Assembly: GCA_044224875.1 (NCBI GenBank)
Contig: JBGAJQ010000091.1
Span: forward strand, 1 to 17,757
DNA from: Gemmatimonadaceae bacterium
GTDB lineage: Bacteria > Gemmatimonadota > Gemmatimonadetes > Gemmatimonadales > Gemmatimonadaceae
DNA length: 17,757 bases
Direction: 5' to 3'
In this document: piece by piece, positions 9,006 through 17,757 of the stretch
Layout of the letters: each line of letters opens with the position of its first letter
How positions within the stretch are numbered: position 1 is the stretch's first letter
The notes under the pieces: model-generated
The model's database searches: none
Told to the model about the DNA's origin: nothing
Seen by the model: only the letters and a program-made list of their open reading frames with translations
Made by a program: the position numbers and the translations under genes

Positions 9006-11450
9006 TCACTCCTCCCGGAGCACCTGCATCGGCGCGATTCGCAGGGTCCGGAGCGCGGGCGCCACTGTCGCCGCGAGTGCCACAACGAGCAGCACGAGCG
9101 CGGCCGCGCCGAATGCCACCGGGCTCACGGCCGATGCATTCCACAGCAGCGGTTGCACGAGACGCGCACCGGCCAGCGACAACACCACGCCAGCGGCGAT
9201 GCCGGCAGCTACGACGAGCGCTGTCTCACGCACAACGAGCCAGCACAGCGCCCCGGGCGTCGAGCCTAACGCGATGCGGAGACTGAGTTCTCGCTGCCGC
9301 GTCGTGACGTGGTGCACGGCCACACCGTACACGCCGATGGACGCCAGGACGAGCGCAAGGATGCCGAACGCGGTCAGCACCCAACCCGCCACGACGCGGC
9401 GCCAAACCGAGTCGCGCCGCGCCTGTGTCATCGGCTTGATCGCCTCGATGCCAAACTCCGGGCTCGTCTCGCGGATGGTGCGTACCACATCGTCTCGTAG
9501 TAGCGGCGGGTCGCCCGCGGTGTGGATGACAAATCGCGGATACGCTGTTGGGTGCTGCCGAAAGCTGAAGTAAGCTTCGTACGCAGCGCCTGTCTCCTCC
9601 GGGGTCCATCGGATTGGCGACACCACGCCGATGACGGTGGCCCACGGATAGTCGGGATCAGACCCGAACTTGATCTCCTGACCAATCGCCGTGCGGCCTG
9701 GAAACAGCAGACGCGCGATGGGTTCGCTGATCACCACGACCTGGAGTGAGTCACGACGATCGCTGTCGCGCACGTCGCGGCCCTCGAGCAGCGAAATGCC
9801 GAGTGTGGCGAAGTAGCCGGGCGGCACAAAGGCGCCGCCGATCGGGACCATGGGCGCCGATTCATCGGTCGCGTGCTCGCGCGTGTAGATGCGAATCGAC
9901 GGCCGCGTCAGCCGGTCTGGTTCGAACGGCAGGTCGTCGGTGAAGCTGGCGCGCTGCACGCCGGGCACCTGTTCGAGCCGACGGGCGATTCGCAACCACT
10001 CGTCGGTGTGGACCACGGACTCCTGGTCCGGCGTCAGGTGCGGTACGTACCGACTGCCTCGCACCACCAGGATGCTTTCCGTGCGCATGCCGGTGTCCGC
10101 GCGCTCGATGCGGCGCATCGACTCGAGGATCAGCGCTGCTGTCGTGACGACCGCCATGCTCAGGCCGACCTGGCCCGCCAGCGCCACCTTCCGCCAGATC
10201 ACCATACCGCGTGCCTCGCCGCTTCCCGCGCTGACCTGCCGCAACGCGACGGCTACGTCCAGCCGGCGCAAGTGCCGAAGGGGCGCAAGCGAGAGCAATC
10301 CGGCCAAGCCGAGCGCACAGGCGATCGTGAAGCCAAGCACACGTCCATCGACCGTGAGGGAAAGCCAGTACGGAAGCTGCACCGGGATACCGGCAGCCAG
10401 CCAACGCGTGGCCACGACGGACAACGCAATGCCCATGGCCGCCGCGAGCGACGCGAGAATCACCTGCTCGGCGACAATACGAGTGATAAGCTGCCGGCCG
10501 CGTGCGCCGAGGGCCACCTGCACGACCGTCTCCCGCTCGCGTGCGACGGCCTGCGCCACCAGGAGGTTCACGATGTTGAGGCTGGCGATTGCCAGCACCA
10601 GGAGCGCCGCAAGTGACGCGGCCAGGGCGTAGGGACGGAGTGTGCTCAGCTCAACATCGCGGAACGATCGCACCACCCCGTATCGCTCGCGACTCTCATC
10701 GGGGAACTTGCTTCGGATGTCGCTCATGAGCGTCTCGACATCGGACGACGCCTGCGCGATGGATCGTCCGGGAGCGAGCCGTCCGATCACAGTGTGCATC
10801 GTCATGTCGCGTCGCTCCCACCAGCGATCGGGGAACGACGAGTACCTTGCCATCAGCGGCGCCCAGACGTCGACACGATCCGGGTAGGTCACGGACGGGG
10901 GCATGACTCCGATGATCTCATACGACTGGCCGCGCAGCTGAACGCTCTGGCCAATGGCGCCCGGTCGTCCGTTGAACATCTCTTGCCAGAGCGCGTGGGA
11001 GATCACGGCCTTCCGCACGTCGCCATACAGGACATTGTCGGAGCGGCCGAAGAAGCGACCATGGAGCGGTCGTGCACCGACAATGCCGAACAATCCTGGG
11101 GTGGCGAATGCGACTTGCACCGCACGGGTGGCCGCCCCGACACTCATGGTCGAGGGAAAGATCACGTGAGCCGAGAGTCCGTCGAAGGACCGCAATTCCC
11201 TCTGCATGTCGTCGAAATCTGGCAGGGACACGTCCATCAGGACCGATCCAGCCCCCAGGTCGCGCGTCTGTATGCGCACGAGGCGATCCGCCGCCGGCAG
11301 GGGCATGGCGCGCAGGAAGATTGGATCGAACAGGCTGAAGACGCTGGACACCGCGGCGATCGACAGAGCCAGGGTGAGGGTAACGATCGAGGCGACGCGC
11401 GGCCGTCGCACCAAGGATCGCGCGGCAAGCCGAATCGGGACGGAAGTCAT
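9006..11450 (-). CDS. ADOP-like duplicated orphan ABC permease (MacB_PCD/FtsX x2)
   Basis: IRLAARSLVRRP..TLTLALSIA, SYEIIGVMPP, NIVNLLVAQAVARERE..ALGA, GVYGV..TRQRELSLRIALGS, APMQVLREE. ATG 11450 chosen by family-like N-terminus. Confidence 0.9.
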   Translation of the reverse strand: MTSVPIRLAARSLVRRPRVASIVTLTLALSIAAVSSVFSLFDPIFLRAMPLPAADRLVRIQTRDLGAGSVLMDVSLPDFDDMQRELRSFDGLSAHVIFPSTMSVGAATRAVQVAFATPGLFGIVGARPLHGRFFGRSDNVLYGDVRKAVISHALWQEMFNGRPGAIGQSVQLRGQSYEIIGVMPPSVTYPDRVDVWAPLMARYSSFPDRWWERRDMTMHTVIGRLAPGRSIAQASSDVETLMSDIRSKFPDESRERYGVVRSFRDVELSTLRPYALAASLAALLVLAIASLNIVNLLVAQAVARERETVVQVALGARGRQLITRIVAEQVILASLAAAMGIALSVVATRWLAAGIPVQLPYWLSLTVDGRVLGFTIACALGLAGLLSLAPLRHLRRLDVAVALRQVSAGSGEARGMVIWRKVALAGQVGLSMAVVTTAALILESMRRIERADTGMRTESILVVRGSRYVPHLTPDQESVVHTDEWLRIARRLEQVPGVQRASFTDDLPFEPDRLTRPSIRIYTREHATDESAPMVPIGGAFVPPGYFATLGISLLEGRDVRDSDRRDSLQVVVISEPIARLLFPGRTAIGQEIKFGSDPDYPWATVIGVVSPIRWTPEETGAAYEAYFSFRQHPTAYPRFVIHTAGDPPLLRDDVVRTIRETSPEFGIEAIKPMTQARRDSVWRRVVAGWVLTAFGILALVLASIGVYGVAVHHVTTRQRELSLRIALGSTPGALCWLVVRETALVVAAGIAAGVVLSLAGARLVQPLLWNASAVSPVAFGAAALVLLVVALAATVAPALRTLRIAPMQVLREE

Positions 11451-11621
11451 GGAGACGTAGGCGGTCGGAGAATTCCTGTCGCCAATCTCCGTCGCCTGAG
11501 GCGTCGCTGCAAGCGTGTGGTTGCCGCGCACACTAAGCGCCGGTTTAGGTGCTCGCCTCGCGCGAGCGTCACCTACCCGGCTCACTGGGGTGCAGCTGCG
11601 CGTGACGTCCCCTTCCAGACG

Positions 11622-12032
11622 CTACGGCATCTTCCGGAAGAGTGCAGCCATCGTCTCCGGATCGATGGCGGACATATCCACCAGCCGCAACGACGTCACC
11701 ATCTTGAGCGTCGTCGACTTGTACTCGAGGAAGTGCGGGGTCTTGAGGTGTGCCTCGTACGCTGCGCGATCGGCGTAGATCTCCAGGATTCGAATCCTCG
11801 TCGGGTGCTCCTGCTCGAACATCGGGAAGATCGATATCACTCCCGGTTCCAGCCGCATGGCCGCCGCGGCGCCTCGCCTGAGGATCGCGGTGTACTCGGT
11901 CAGGTACTTCGGATCGATGTCGACTTCGGCGATGCGGACCACCATCGGGGCTTGCGCGGTGGAGGTTGCAGCTGGCGCGACGAGCGCGAGCGAGAGAATT
12001 ACGGCGAGCGATGTCAAGGACAAAGAGTTCAT
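11622..12032 (-). CDS. Antibiotic biosynthesis monooxygenase (ABM / putative quinol monooxygenase) family protein with signal peptide
   Basis: EPGVISIFP, ILEIYADRAAYEAHLKTPHF. Hydrophobic N-terminal leader ending STAQA. ATG at 12032. Confidence 0.88.
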   Translation of the reverse strand: MNSLSLTSLAVILSLALVAPAATSTAQAPMVVRIAEVDIDPKYLTEYTAILRRGAAAAMRLEPGVISIFPMFEQEHPTRIRILEIYADRAAYEAHLKTPHFLEYKSTTLKMVTSLRLVDMSAIDPETMAALFRKMP

Positions 12033-12109
12033 GATCGTGGTGGCTGCTTCGTGAGTGTGGCCTGGCACCGCAGCTGGCCGCCGCAGACGACGGCGTGACA
12101 TCGGCTCCG

Positions 12110-14735
12110 TCACCGATTCGCCTCGTCCACGGCCTTTTTCATTCGGTCCACCCAGCCCGGCACTACGCGAAGGAACGCCGCCGGCCGGTCAGCTGCACCA
12201 CGCAGGTAAATGACCCCACCACCCGGTGCCGTCGCGAACGATGGTCCGTTGGTGTTCCGGTAGTCGGGCGCTTCGGCCCAGACCCCGCGGTTCCGCACCG
12301 GAGGATTCGCCGAGGGATCGATCGTCACTCGCTCGATCCGGGCCCGCCCACCGTCCATCATCGGCACGCCGAACTCCAACGGCGACAGCCACTGCGGATC
12401 CTCCAGGTTACCGGACGCCACCTGGTATCGGCGACCATCGCGCGGGAGCGGTTCCACCCACGCTTCCGTAAACGCCGCGTCCGCATAGCCCAGCCAACGC
12501 CCATCCGCCGAGGGAAAGGCGAACCCGCTGTTCGATAGCAAGGTGTCCAGCGTAATGGGCCGGCGGTCGATGTGAAAGCTCACGGTCTGCCTCGGCTTGT
12601 ATCGCCACCCCACGACGCGGCCATCGGCCACCCAGCTGTTCATCTCGACTCCGCCCGGCAGATGCAACAGGAACTCCGGCACGTCGGACCGCTCCGGCGA
12701 CCCAAGGAAGAGCGAGTCCGCATCGCCAAACAGGATCTGGTCGCCCTTCGGACTCCACACCGGGTTCACCAGCGTCGGGCGACGCACCCACGTCCGGTAC
12801 CTCCCCGTGGCAAGGTCGTAGATCCGCAGCTCCATCCCATCCAGCGCCTGCACCACCGCGGCCAGGCTGCGACCATTGGGACTGTAGGCGAAGGTGAGGA
12901 AAGGCTCGCGGCCAACCGGCAGCGTGTCGATCCCGCGATCCGTCAGATGCACCAAGTGTCCCATCGTCTTGTTGTCGCGCTGCGCATACACCAGGGTGCC
13001 GGACGGCGAGATGACGTAGCTCCCGCGGGCGGTGAAGTCGGCCAGCCCGATCCCGGCAGCCATCCGCACCGCGCGACCCACACGACCCGTCGTGAGGTCC
13101 ACAGGCGCAGCGAGCAGATCGGCGCTGCTGGTCAGGTACGTTAGGTAGCGCTCATCCACCAACTGGAAGGACGAACCAAACACTCGCGTGCTGTCCTCGG
13201 CGCGCCAGAGACGGCGGGCCACGACACTATCCCCGAGTGTGATCCAGGTGCCCCACTTGTCCGTTCCTCCCCCACACAACAGGCCACCGCCGGCTCGAAT
13301 CGACGATTGACTCTCGCAGTAAGGAATTGAGACGGTCCCCAGTGGCCCGCGCTCCGGATCGAGCCAGCGCGCCTCGTTGATGTCACTCAGCAGCAGCAAG
13401 ATTCGCTCGTTCGTCGGCCACAACACCTTCCGGATGGAGCTGACGCCACGACCGATCGTGGTGGCACTCCCGCCTTCCACCGGCACGACCTCGACAGTCA
13501 GCTCCCCTCGGCGAGGCGGAAGAACGCGATGTGGCGTCCGTCCGGTGAGAGGGACAGGCCGCGATCATCCCGTCGGTGCCAGGAATTCGGCGCACGGTCG
13601 CGTCGCGCAGCGATCGATACCAAAGCTCACTCCTGCGGTTCCGCACCGATTCGTAGACGACGAAGTCTCCAGCGGGTGAGACGTCGAAGCCCACGTCCTG
13701 CGCCACGGTCGTCATGCCGGCGGTATCGGGGAGGCCGACATCGTACTCGGCCGGGGCGCCGACGCCGGCGTCCCGGCGGAGTGTCGACGCGATCGCGATG
13801 CCAAGGACGGCGAGTGCGAGCGTGGCAAGCGTGCGCGGATCCGTCGCCCAGCGTCTCGTGGCGCGTGTGGACCCCGTCGTCTGAGGCGCGGCCCACACGG
13901 GCGCGGGATTGGCCAGTGCGTCCGAGAAGGCGCGCGCCGACTCGAACCGGTCCGCGGGAAGCTTCTCCAGGGCCCGGCTGAGCGCCGCCGCCACGTTAGG
14001 CGGAACGGTCTTGCGCAGCTCCACCGCCGGCCGCACCGGCTCGGCGATGATCTTCATGATGATCTGCTGCGCCGACGTGCCCATGTGCGGGGGCTCGCCG
14101 GTGAGCATCTCGTACAGGACCGAGGCCAGGGAGTAGATGTCCGAGCGCCCGGTAATGGCCTTGTCCGCCGTCGCCTGCTCGGGCGACATGTAGTGCGGCG
14201 TACCTAACGACAACCCCGTCTCGGTCATGCGTCCGCCGGCCGCCGCCGAGACGGCGAGGGCGATGCCGAAGTCCATCACCATCGCCCGCCCGTCGTGCAG
14301 CAGGATGTTCTCCGGCTTGATGTCGCGGTGGATCACCCCGTGGCGGTGCGCGTAGTCGAGCGCGTCGGCGACCTCCCGGGCGATCCGCACCGCCTCGTCC
14401 ACCCCGAACTGCGTTTCGCGTTGCAGCTTCTCGCGAATCGTCTCGCCCTGGATGTAGGGCATGACGTAGTAGAGGAAGCCATCCGCCTCGCCCGAGTCGA
14501 AGAGCGGCAGGATGTGCGGGTGACTCATCGCCGCCGTCGTCCTGATCTCGACGACGAATCGTTCCGCGCCAAGGACGGCCGCGAGCTCCGGCTTCAGGAC
14601 CTTGATGGCGACGTCGCGCTCGTGCTTGAGGTCGCGGGCGAGATAGACCGTGGCCATCCCCCCCGACCCCAGCGCGCGTTCGACCCGGTACCGGTCGGCG
14701 AGGGCCGCGGCGAGTCGGTCAGCGTTCGGGTGCAT
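12110..14735 (-). pseudogene. Hanks-type Ser/Thr kinase - TM - TolB/PD40-like beta-propeller, interrupted by two 1-nt frameshifts (true pseudogene or sequencing error)
   Basis: 13383..14735 has GSGGMATVY, VAIK, HRDIKPEN, DFG, GTPHYMSPEQ and a TM helix. A third frame at ~13500-13570 gives GLSLSPDGRHIAFFRL. 12110..13486 continues with SPSG/SPNG/WSPKG/SADG repeats. Confidence 0.85.
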
Positions 14736-14903
14736 GGGTGGGGAAGATGCACCCGCCGGCGATCGGGAGCGAGCACCGAATCCAAACGTTTGGCGCCGCG
14801 TTGCGCGGGGCCCGTCATCCAGTCGGTGCGCCGCGTACTTCCCAGTGGGCGGCTGGGCAACGCGTCACCTGCCTCGCCGAAGGGCCAACAGGTCGCTGGC
14901 CGC

Positions 14904-14932
14904 TTGACAGGGATCATGCCGTCCCGCAACCT
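14904..14932 (+). promoter_or_regulatory. Possible sigma70-type promoter for the metallopeptidase operon
   Basis: Perfect TTGACA, 17-nt spacer, weak -10 CAACCT. Confidence 0.4.
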
Positions 14933-15005
14933 CGTAACGTCCGCGACTGGTAGTGGAACCGTCGGACCGACATTGGACATCCCTCTGGTGCCTCGAGGCC
15001 TACGC

Positions 15006-17351
15006 GTGTCACCTGTGGTCCGCCGTGCTCAAGCCCGTCGCGGTGTGGTGGTCCGGAGCGCCGTCGCGTTAGGCATGATACTGTCAGGGCTCGCCGTGGC
15101 CCCTACCGCATCCGCCCAACTGTCCCCGTCAGACAGCGCGGCGCTCACCACCAATCTCAATGCCATTAGCCCGAGTTCCTGGCCACCCCCGCCAGCAACC
15201 GTTTCAGCCGTTAGTGCCATTCTCTCGCGCAATTCACGCCTGACGGTCGAGGGCTGGACGCCATACTTCCGCGGCTATTTCTCCCTTCAGCCTATGTCGC
15301 GAGGGCTATACGACACCTTGATGGGATCCGCCGTGGCGTATCCAGGCCTGCGCGGCGCGCTGATTCTCACCCTCGTAGAAAACGTCGACTCCCTCATGTC
15401 CGTGCAGGGCAACGGGCTGAACGCGTCGATGGTGGCCGATCCGATCCTTCGCGACGACGTCGCCATGTCGTTCGCATTCGTCAGCACACTCGTGGCGTGG
15501 GTGCCTGACGCGGGATCGGACGTGTACGTCAGGTACCTCGGGCTTGTCGCACGTTACCCTGCGATCTTCTCGGCGTCGAAGAGTGCCACGTTAGGCTACA
15601 TCGGCATGTTGCGGAGGATCGTCTGGTTCAGCCTCGTCAATGCTCGCCCCCTGACCACGGAGGTCAAACAGGAACTCATCGGGGCACTGGGTCTGACCGG
15701 CCGGCATCGCAACACGCTCGAGATGTACTCGACGCTGGTCTGTGACAACGGAAGCCTCTCGACGGCACAGTGGGACATCATTGACAACCTGCTCTCGGAA
15801 ACGCCGCCGACACTCAGCGACCTTGGCTTCATCTCCGTGAATGATTTCCTGGGAGTGTTTCAGCTGCCACCACTGTATCACTTCCTTGGACTCGTCCGAG
15901 GGAGCGTCAACGCCATCAACATCTCCGGCATCACACCAGGCCAGGCACAAGAGAACAGCTTCCCGGCGGATGCCACGGCCAAGGTGGTGGACATTTTTTC
16001 CATCGTGCTCGCGCACGAGCTTGCCCACGTGATTGACAACTTGCTGGCACGAACGTCGACTAGCTACAGTGGCCGCCACCAGCAATTGATCGCCAACGCC
16101 GCCAGTGACTCGCTGCAATACCTGCGGAGCACGTTCGCACCCGGATTCTTCGTGCAGTATCCGCAGGAGTTTCTCCCCTCCATGGCGAACGAGTGGTATA
16201 CGGACGCGACGACAGTCTTCGAGTTGGGTCGACGGCGGTTTGCGAACGGCCGACGAGAGCCTCTCAACCAAGCCCTTTACCTCACCGAAGTGTTTTCGCA
16301 GGGCTCTGACACAACACTCCTGTTTGCGTTCTCGACGAGTAGTATGCGGTTCAACAAGGTGGTGAGCCCGGTGACGCGCGATCAGTACGGCCATATCAAC
16401 TCGCTTCGCCTGGGGGACTCGCTTGTCACCCTGACCCTGGACGCAGATGGGAACGCACTAGCGGTAGACCTGACGTCTGTTGGACCTGTCGCCACGTTGG
16501 CCGTGCAACCAAGGTCCACCGCGGACACTTTGCTCGTCGGATCGACGGCTTCCGTCGTCCGAAGTGCAGCGGTTGGCTTTTCGGGACCTGGTGCCGCGAT
16601 CGCGCCTTGGACCGCCAGTCATTCCACGCGGGCAAACTGGGTCGCGCTCGAGTCAGTCGCCGGGAGCGGCCCAGGCAACGTCCGTTGGCGCCGCACCGCG
16701 TCGGGGCTCAGTCCCGGCACATATGTGGACACACTTGTCGTGAAGGCGCCCGGATCATTCGCTGCCCCCCAATCAATTGTCGATCGGCTGGTGGTGGCGC
16801 CTCCGCTTTCGGTGTCGGCAACTCCGCGGTCGAATCGCGACTCTGTCGCGATGGGCGCGTCGATTCCTATCGCCGACTCTTCAGAGGTCGTGCTCGCCGG
16901 TTACGGCAGCACCACCGCAGGTTGGCGCGCGAGGGTGAGGGCGCCGTGGCTCAAACTTGCCGATTCCGCAGGTGTTGGCAGCGCACGCATTCGCTGGTCG
17001 CGCGATCCTCGTGGTGTTGGTGCAGGCATCTACGTAGATACGATCAGCATCGTCGTCGCTGGAGCATCAGGCAGCCCTGCGCTCGTCGTTGACACACTTC
17101 GCATATACGAGCCCGTGATTTCCGTGGAATGCGCATTGAGTGAGGTGTTTGGTCAGCCCTGCCTTGGACCTGTTGAGAAGAAATACCTCGACGCAATTGG
17201 CAACGTCGATGGTCGATTCGGCCTTGGTGATGTCATGGCGTTACTCGATCGCAAGCGACTCCCGCTTCCTGGGACCTTTCGCGCCATCAGTAGGCCGGTC
17301 GTCGTCGATTCCTCTTCGCGGCCGGTACGTAGCCCGGCCAAGCGTCCATGA
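15006..17351 (+). CDS. Secreted HEXXH zinc metallopeptidase-like protein with two BACON-like Ig repeats and a C-terminal half-dockerin/EF-hand-like tag
   Basis: GTG start after GAGG (alternatives ATG 14916 and 15075). Signal peptide ending TASA-Q. LAHELAHVID (HELAH 16014-16028) and downstream YPQEF. Two ~100-aa repeats ending GLSPGTYVDTLVV and GVGAGIYVDTISI. YLDAIGNVDGRFGLGDVMALLDR at 17184-17252. Confidence 0.75.
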   Translation: MSPVVRRAQARRGVVVRSAVALGMILSGLAVAPTASAQLSPSDSAALTTNLNAISPSSWPPPPATVSAVSAILSRNSRLTVEGWTPYFRGYFSLQPMSRGLYDTLMGSAVAYPGLRGALILTLVENVDSLMSVQGNGLNASMVADPILRDDVAMSFAFVSTLVAWVPDAGSDVYVRYLGLVARYPAIFSASKSATLGYIGMLRRIVWFSLVNARPLTTEVKQELIGALGLTGRHRNTLEMYSTLVCDNGSLSTAQWDIIDNLLSETPPTLSDLGFISVNDFLGVFQLPPLYHFLGLVRGSVNAINISGITPGQAQENSFPADATAKVVDIFSIVLAHELAHVIDNLLARTSTSYSGRHQQLIANAASDSLQYLRSTFAPGFFVQYPQEFLPSMANEWYTDATTVFELGRRRFANGRREPLNQALYLTEVFSQGSDTTLLFAFSTSSMRFNKVVSPVTRDQYGHINSLRLGDSLVTLTLDADGNALAVDLTSVGPVATLAVQPRSTADTLLVGSTASVVRSAAVGFSGPGAAIAPWTASHSTRANWVALESVAGSGPGNVRWRRTASGLSPGTYVDTLVVKAPGSFAAPQSIVDRLVVAPPLSVSATPRSNRDSVAMGASIPIADSSEVVLAGYGSTTAGWRARVRAPWLKLADSAGVGSARIRWSRDPRGVGAGIYVDTISIVVAGASGSPALVVDTLRIYEPVISVECALSEVFGQPCLGPVEKKYLDAIGNVDGRFGLGDVMALLDRKRLPLPGTFRAISRPVVVDSSSRPVRSPAKRP

Positions 17352-17755
17352 CAAAACGTCCGATTTGCCGTTTGTTAGGCGCAACTGGACTCGCCATGCT
17401 GGCCATTGGGTGCAGCGGAGATGCCGCTCCTTCACCATCGGCGCTCGCCCAACCCGGCGAAGCAAACGTCGTGCTGAGCTCTGCGACGGGGACAGAAGGG
17501 GCTCTTCTTCTCGCGATCACCGGACCGGTCACACGCGTGCTGCCTGTTGGCTACGAAACAGCGTCGCGCAGCACATCGACCGGTGCCAGCATCGTGCTAC
17601 GTGGTGATATCGCTTCCGGCGTCGTGGTCCGCGTCCAGGTACCGGACCTCCGTAATCTCGGGGAGTATTCGGTGCGCGTTGATGCAGCGTCCGACCGGCA
17701 GACCTACCAAGAGCTCCCTGTAGGTTCCTACACGGCTATACTAGTCAAGCGCTGA
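17348..17755 (+). CDS. Small predicted lipoprotein, beta-strand rich (possible cohesin-like fold)
   Basis: Basic N-terminus, hydrophobic core, lipobox-like LAIG-C22, Pro/Ser/Ala linker, then alternating-hydrophobic strands. ATGA overlap with the upstream stop. Confidence 0.8.
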   Translation: MTKRPICRLLGATGLAMLAIGCSGDAAPSPSALAQPGEANVVLSSATGTEGALLLAITGPVTRVLPVGYETASRSTSTGASIVLRGDIASGVVVRVQVPDLRNLGEYSVRVDAASDRQTYQELPVGSYTAILVKR

Positions 17756-17757
17756 AC

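Noticed and set aside
11540..11580. Imperfect hairpin between the ABM and permease genes as a terminator
   Set aside because: The stem is bulged, has no U-tract on either strand, and is expected by chance at this GC content.
10794..12098. Long alternative ORFs (e.g. 434 aa at 10794, 278 aa at 1321, 268 aa at 7254)
   Set aside because: They are antisense or off-frame shadows of well-supported genes in high-GC DNA, with no recognisable motifs.
14791..14804. TGGCGC...TTGC as a sigma54 promoter
   Set aside because: The GG-to-GC spacing is 9 nt rather than the required 10.
14295..15005. N-terminal ~237 aa of the 1018-aa ORF
   Set aside because: It is the antisense shadow of the kinase domain plus intergenic DNA. 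The signal peptide and RBS point to a start near 15006.
9264..15074. Further 11-12-bp matches to the repeat core (GCCTAACGCGAT at 9264, CGCGATCATCC at 13560, TCGCGTTAGGC at 15064)
   Set aside because: All lie in coding sequence and are explained by common codon strings (IALG, VALG). They are too short to call sites, although the 13560 match sits at a frameshift.

Overview
High-GC bacterial window. The Hanks kinase/beta-propeller, the duplicated orphan permease and the BACON-like secreted protein suggest Gemmatimonadota or a similar soil lineage (inference only). From left to right it contains: a compact arsenic locus (sigma70-type promoter and operator, arsR, and a single ArsC-Acr3 fusion ORF) bracketed by two diverged copies of what looks like the 3' tail of a membrane-protein gene; a gamma-glutamylcyclotransferase-like gene; a C-terminal amidohydrolase stub; a class I SAM methyltransferase; a MacAB-like ABC exporter operon followed by a 47-codon P-type ATPase stub; a small secreted protein; an ADOP-like duplicated permease; a signal-peptide-bearing ABM monooxygenase; a Ser/Thr kinase-TM-beta-propeller gene broken by two 1-nt frameshifts; and a divergent two-gene operon. 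That operon encodes a secreted HEXXH metallopeptidase (two BACON-like repeats, a C-terminal half-dockerin/EF-hand-like tag) translationally coupled to a small beta-rich lipoprotein. This pair is the best candidate for an undescribed system, a putative dockerin/cohesin-like surface anchor. The left half is a patchwork of intact modules joined by truncated gene stubs, with no integrase or transposase in view. No rRNA, tRNA or CRISPR array was seen.
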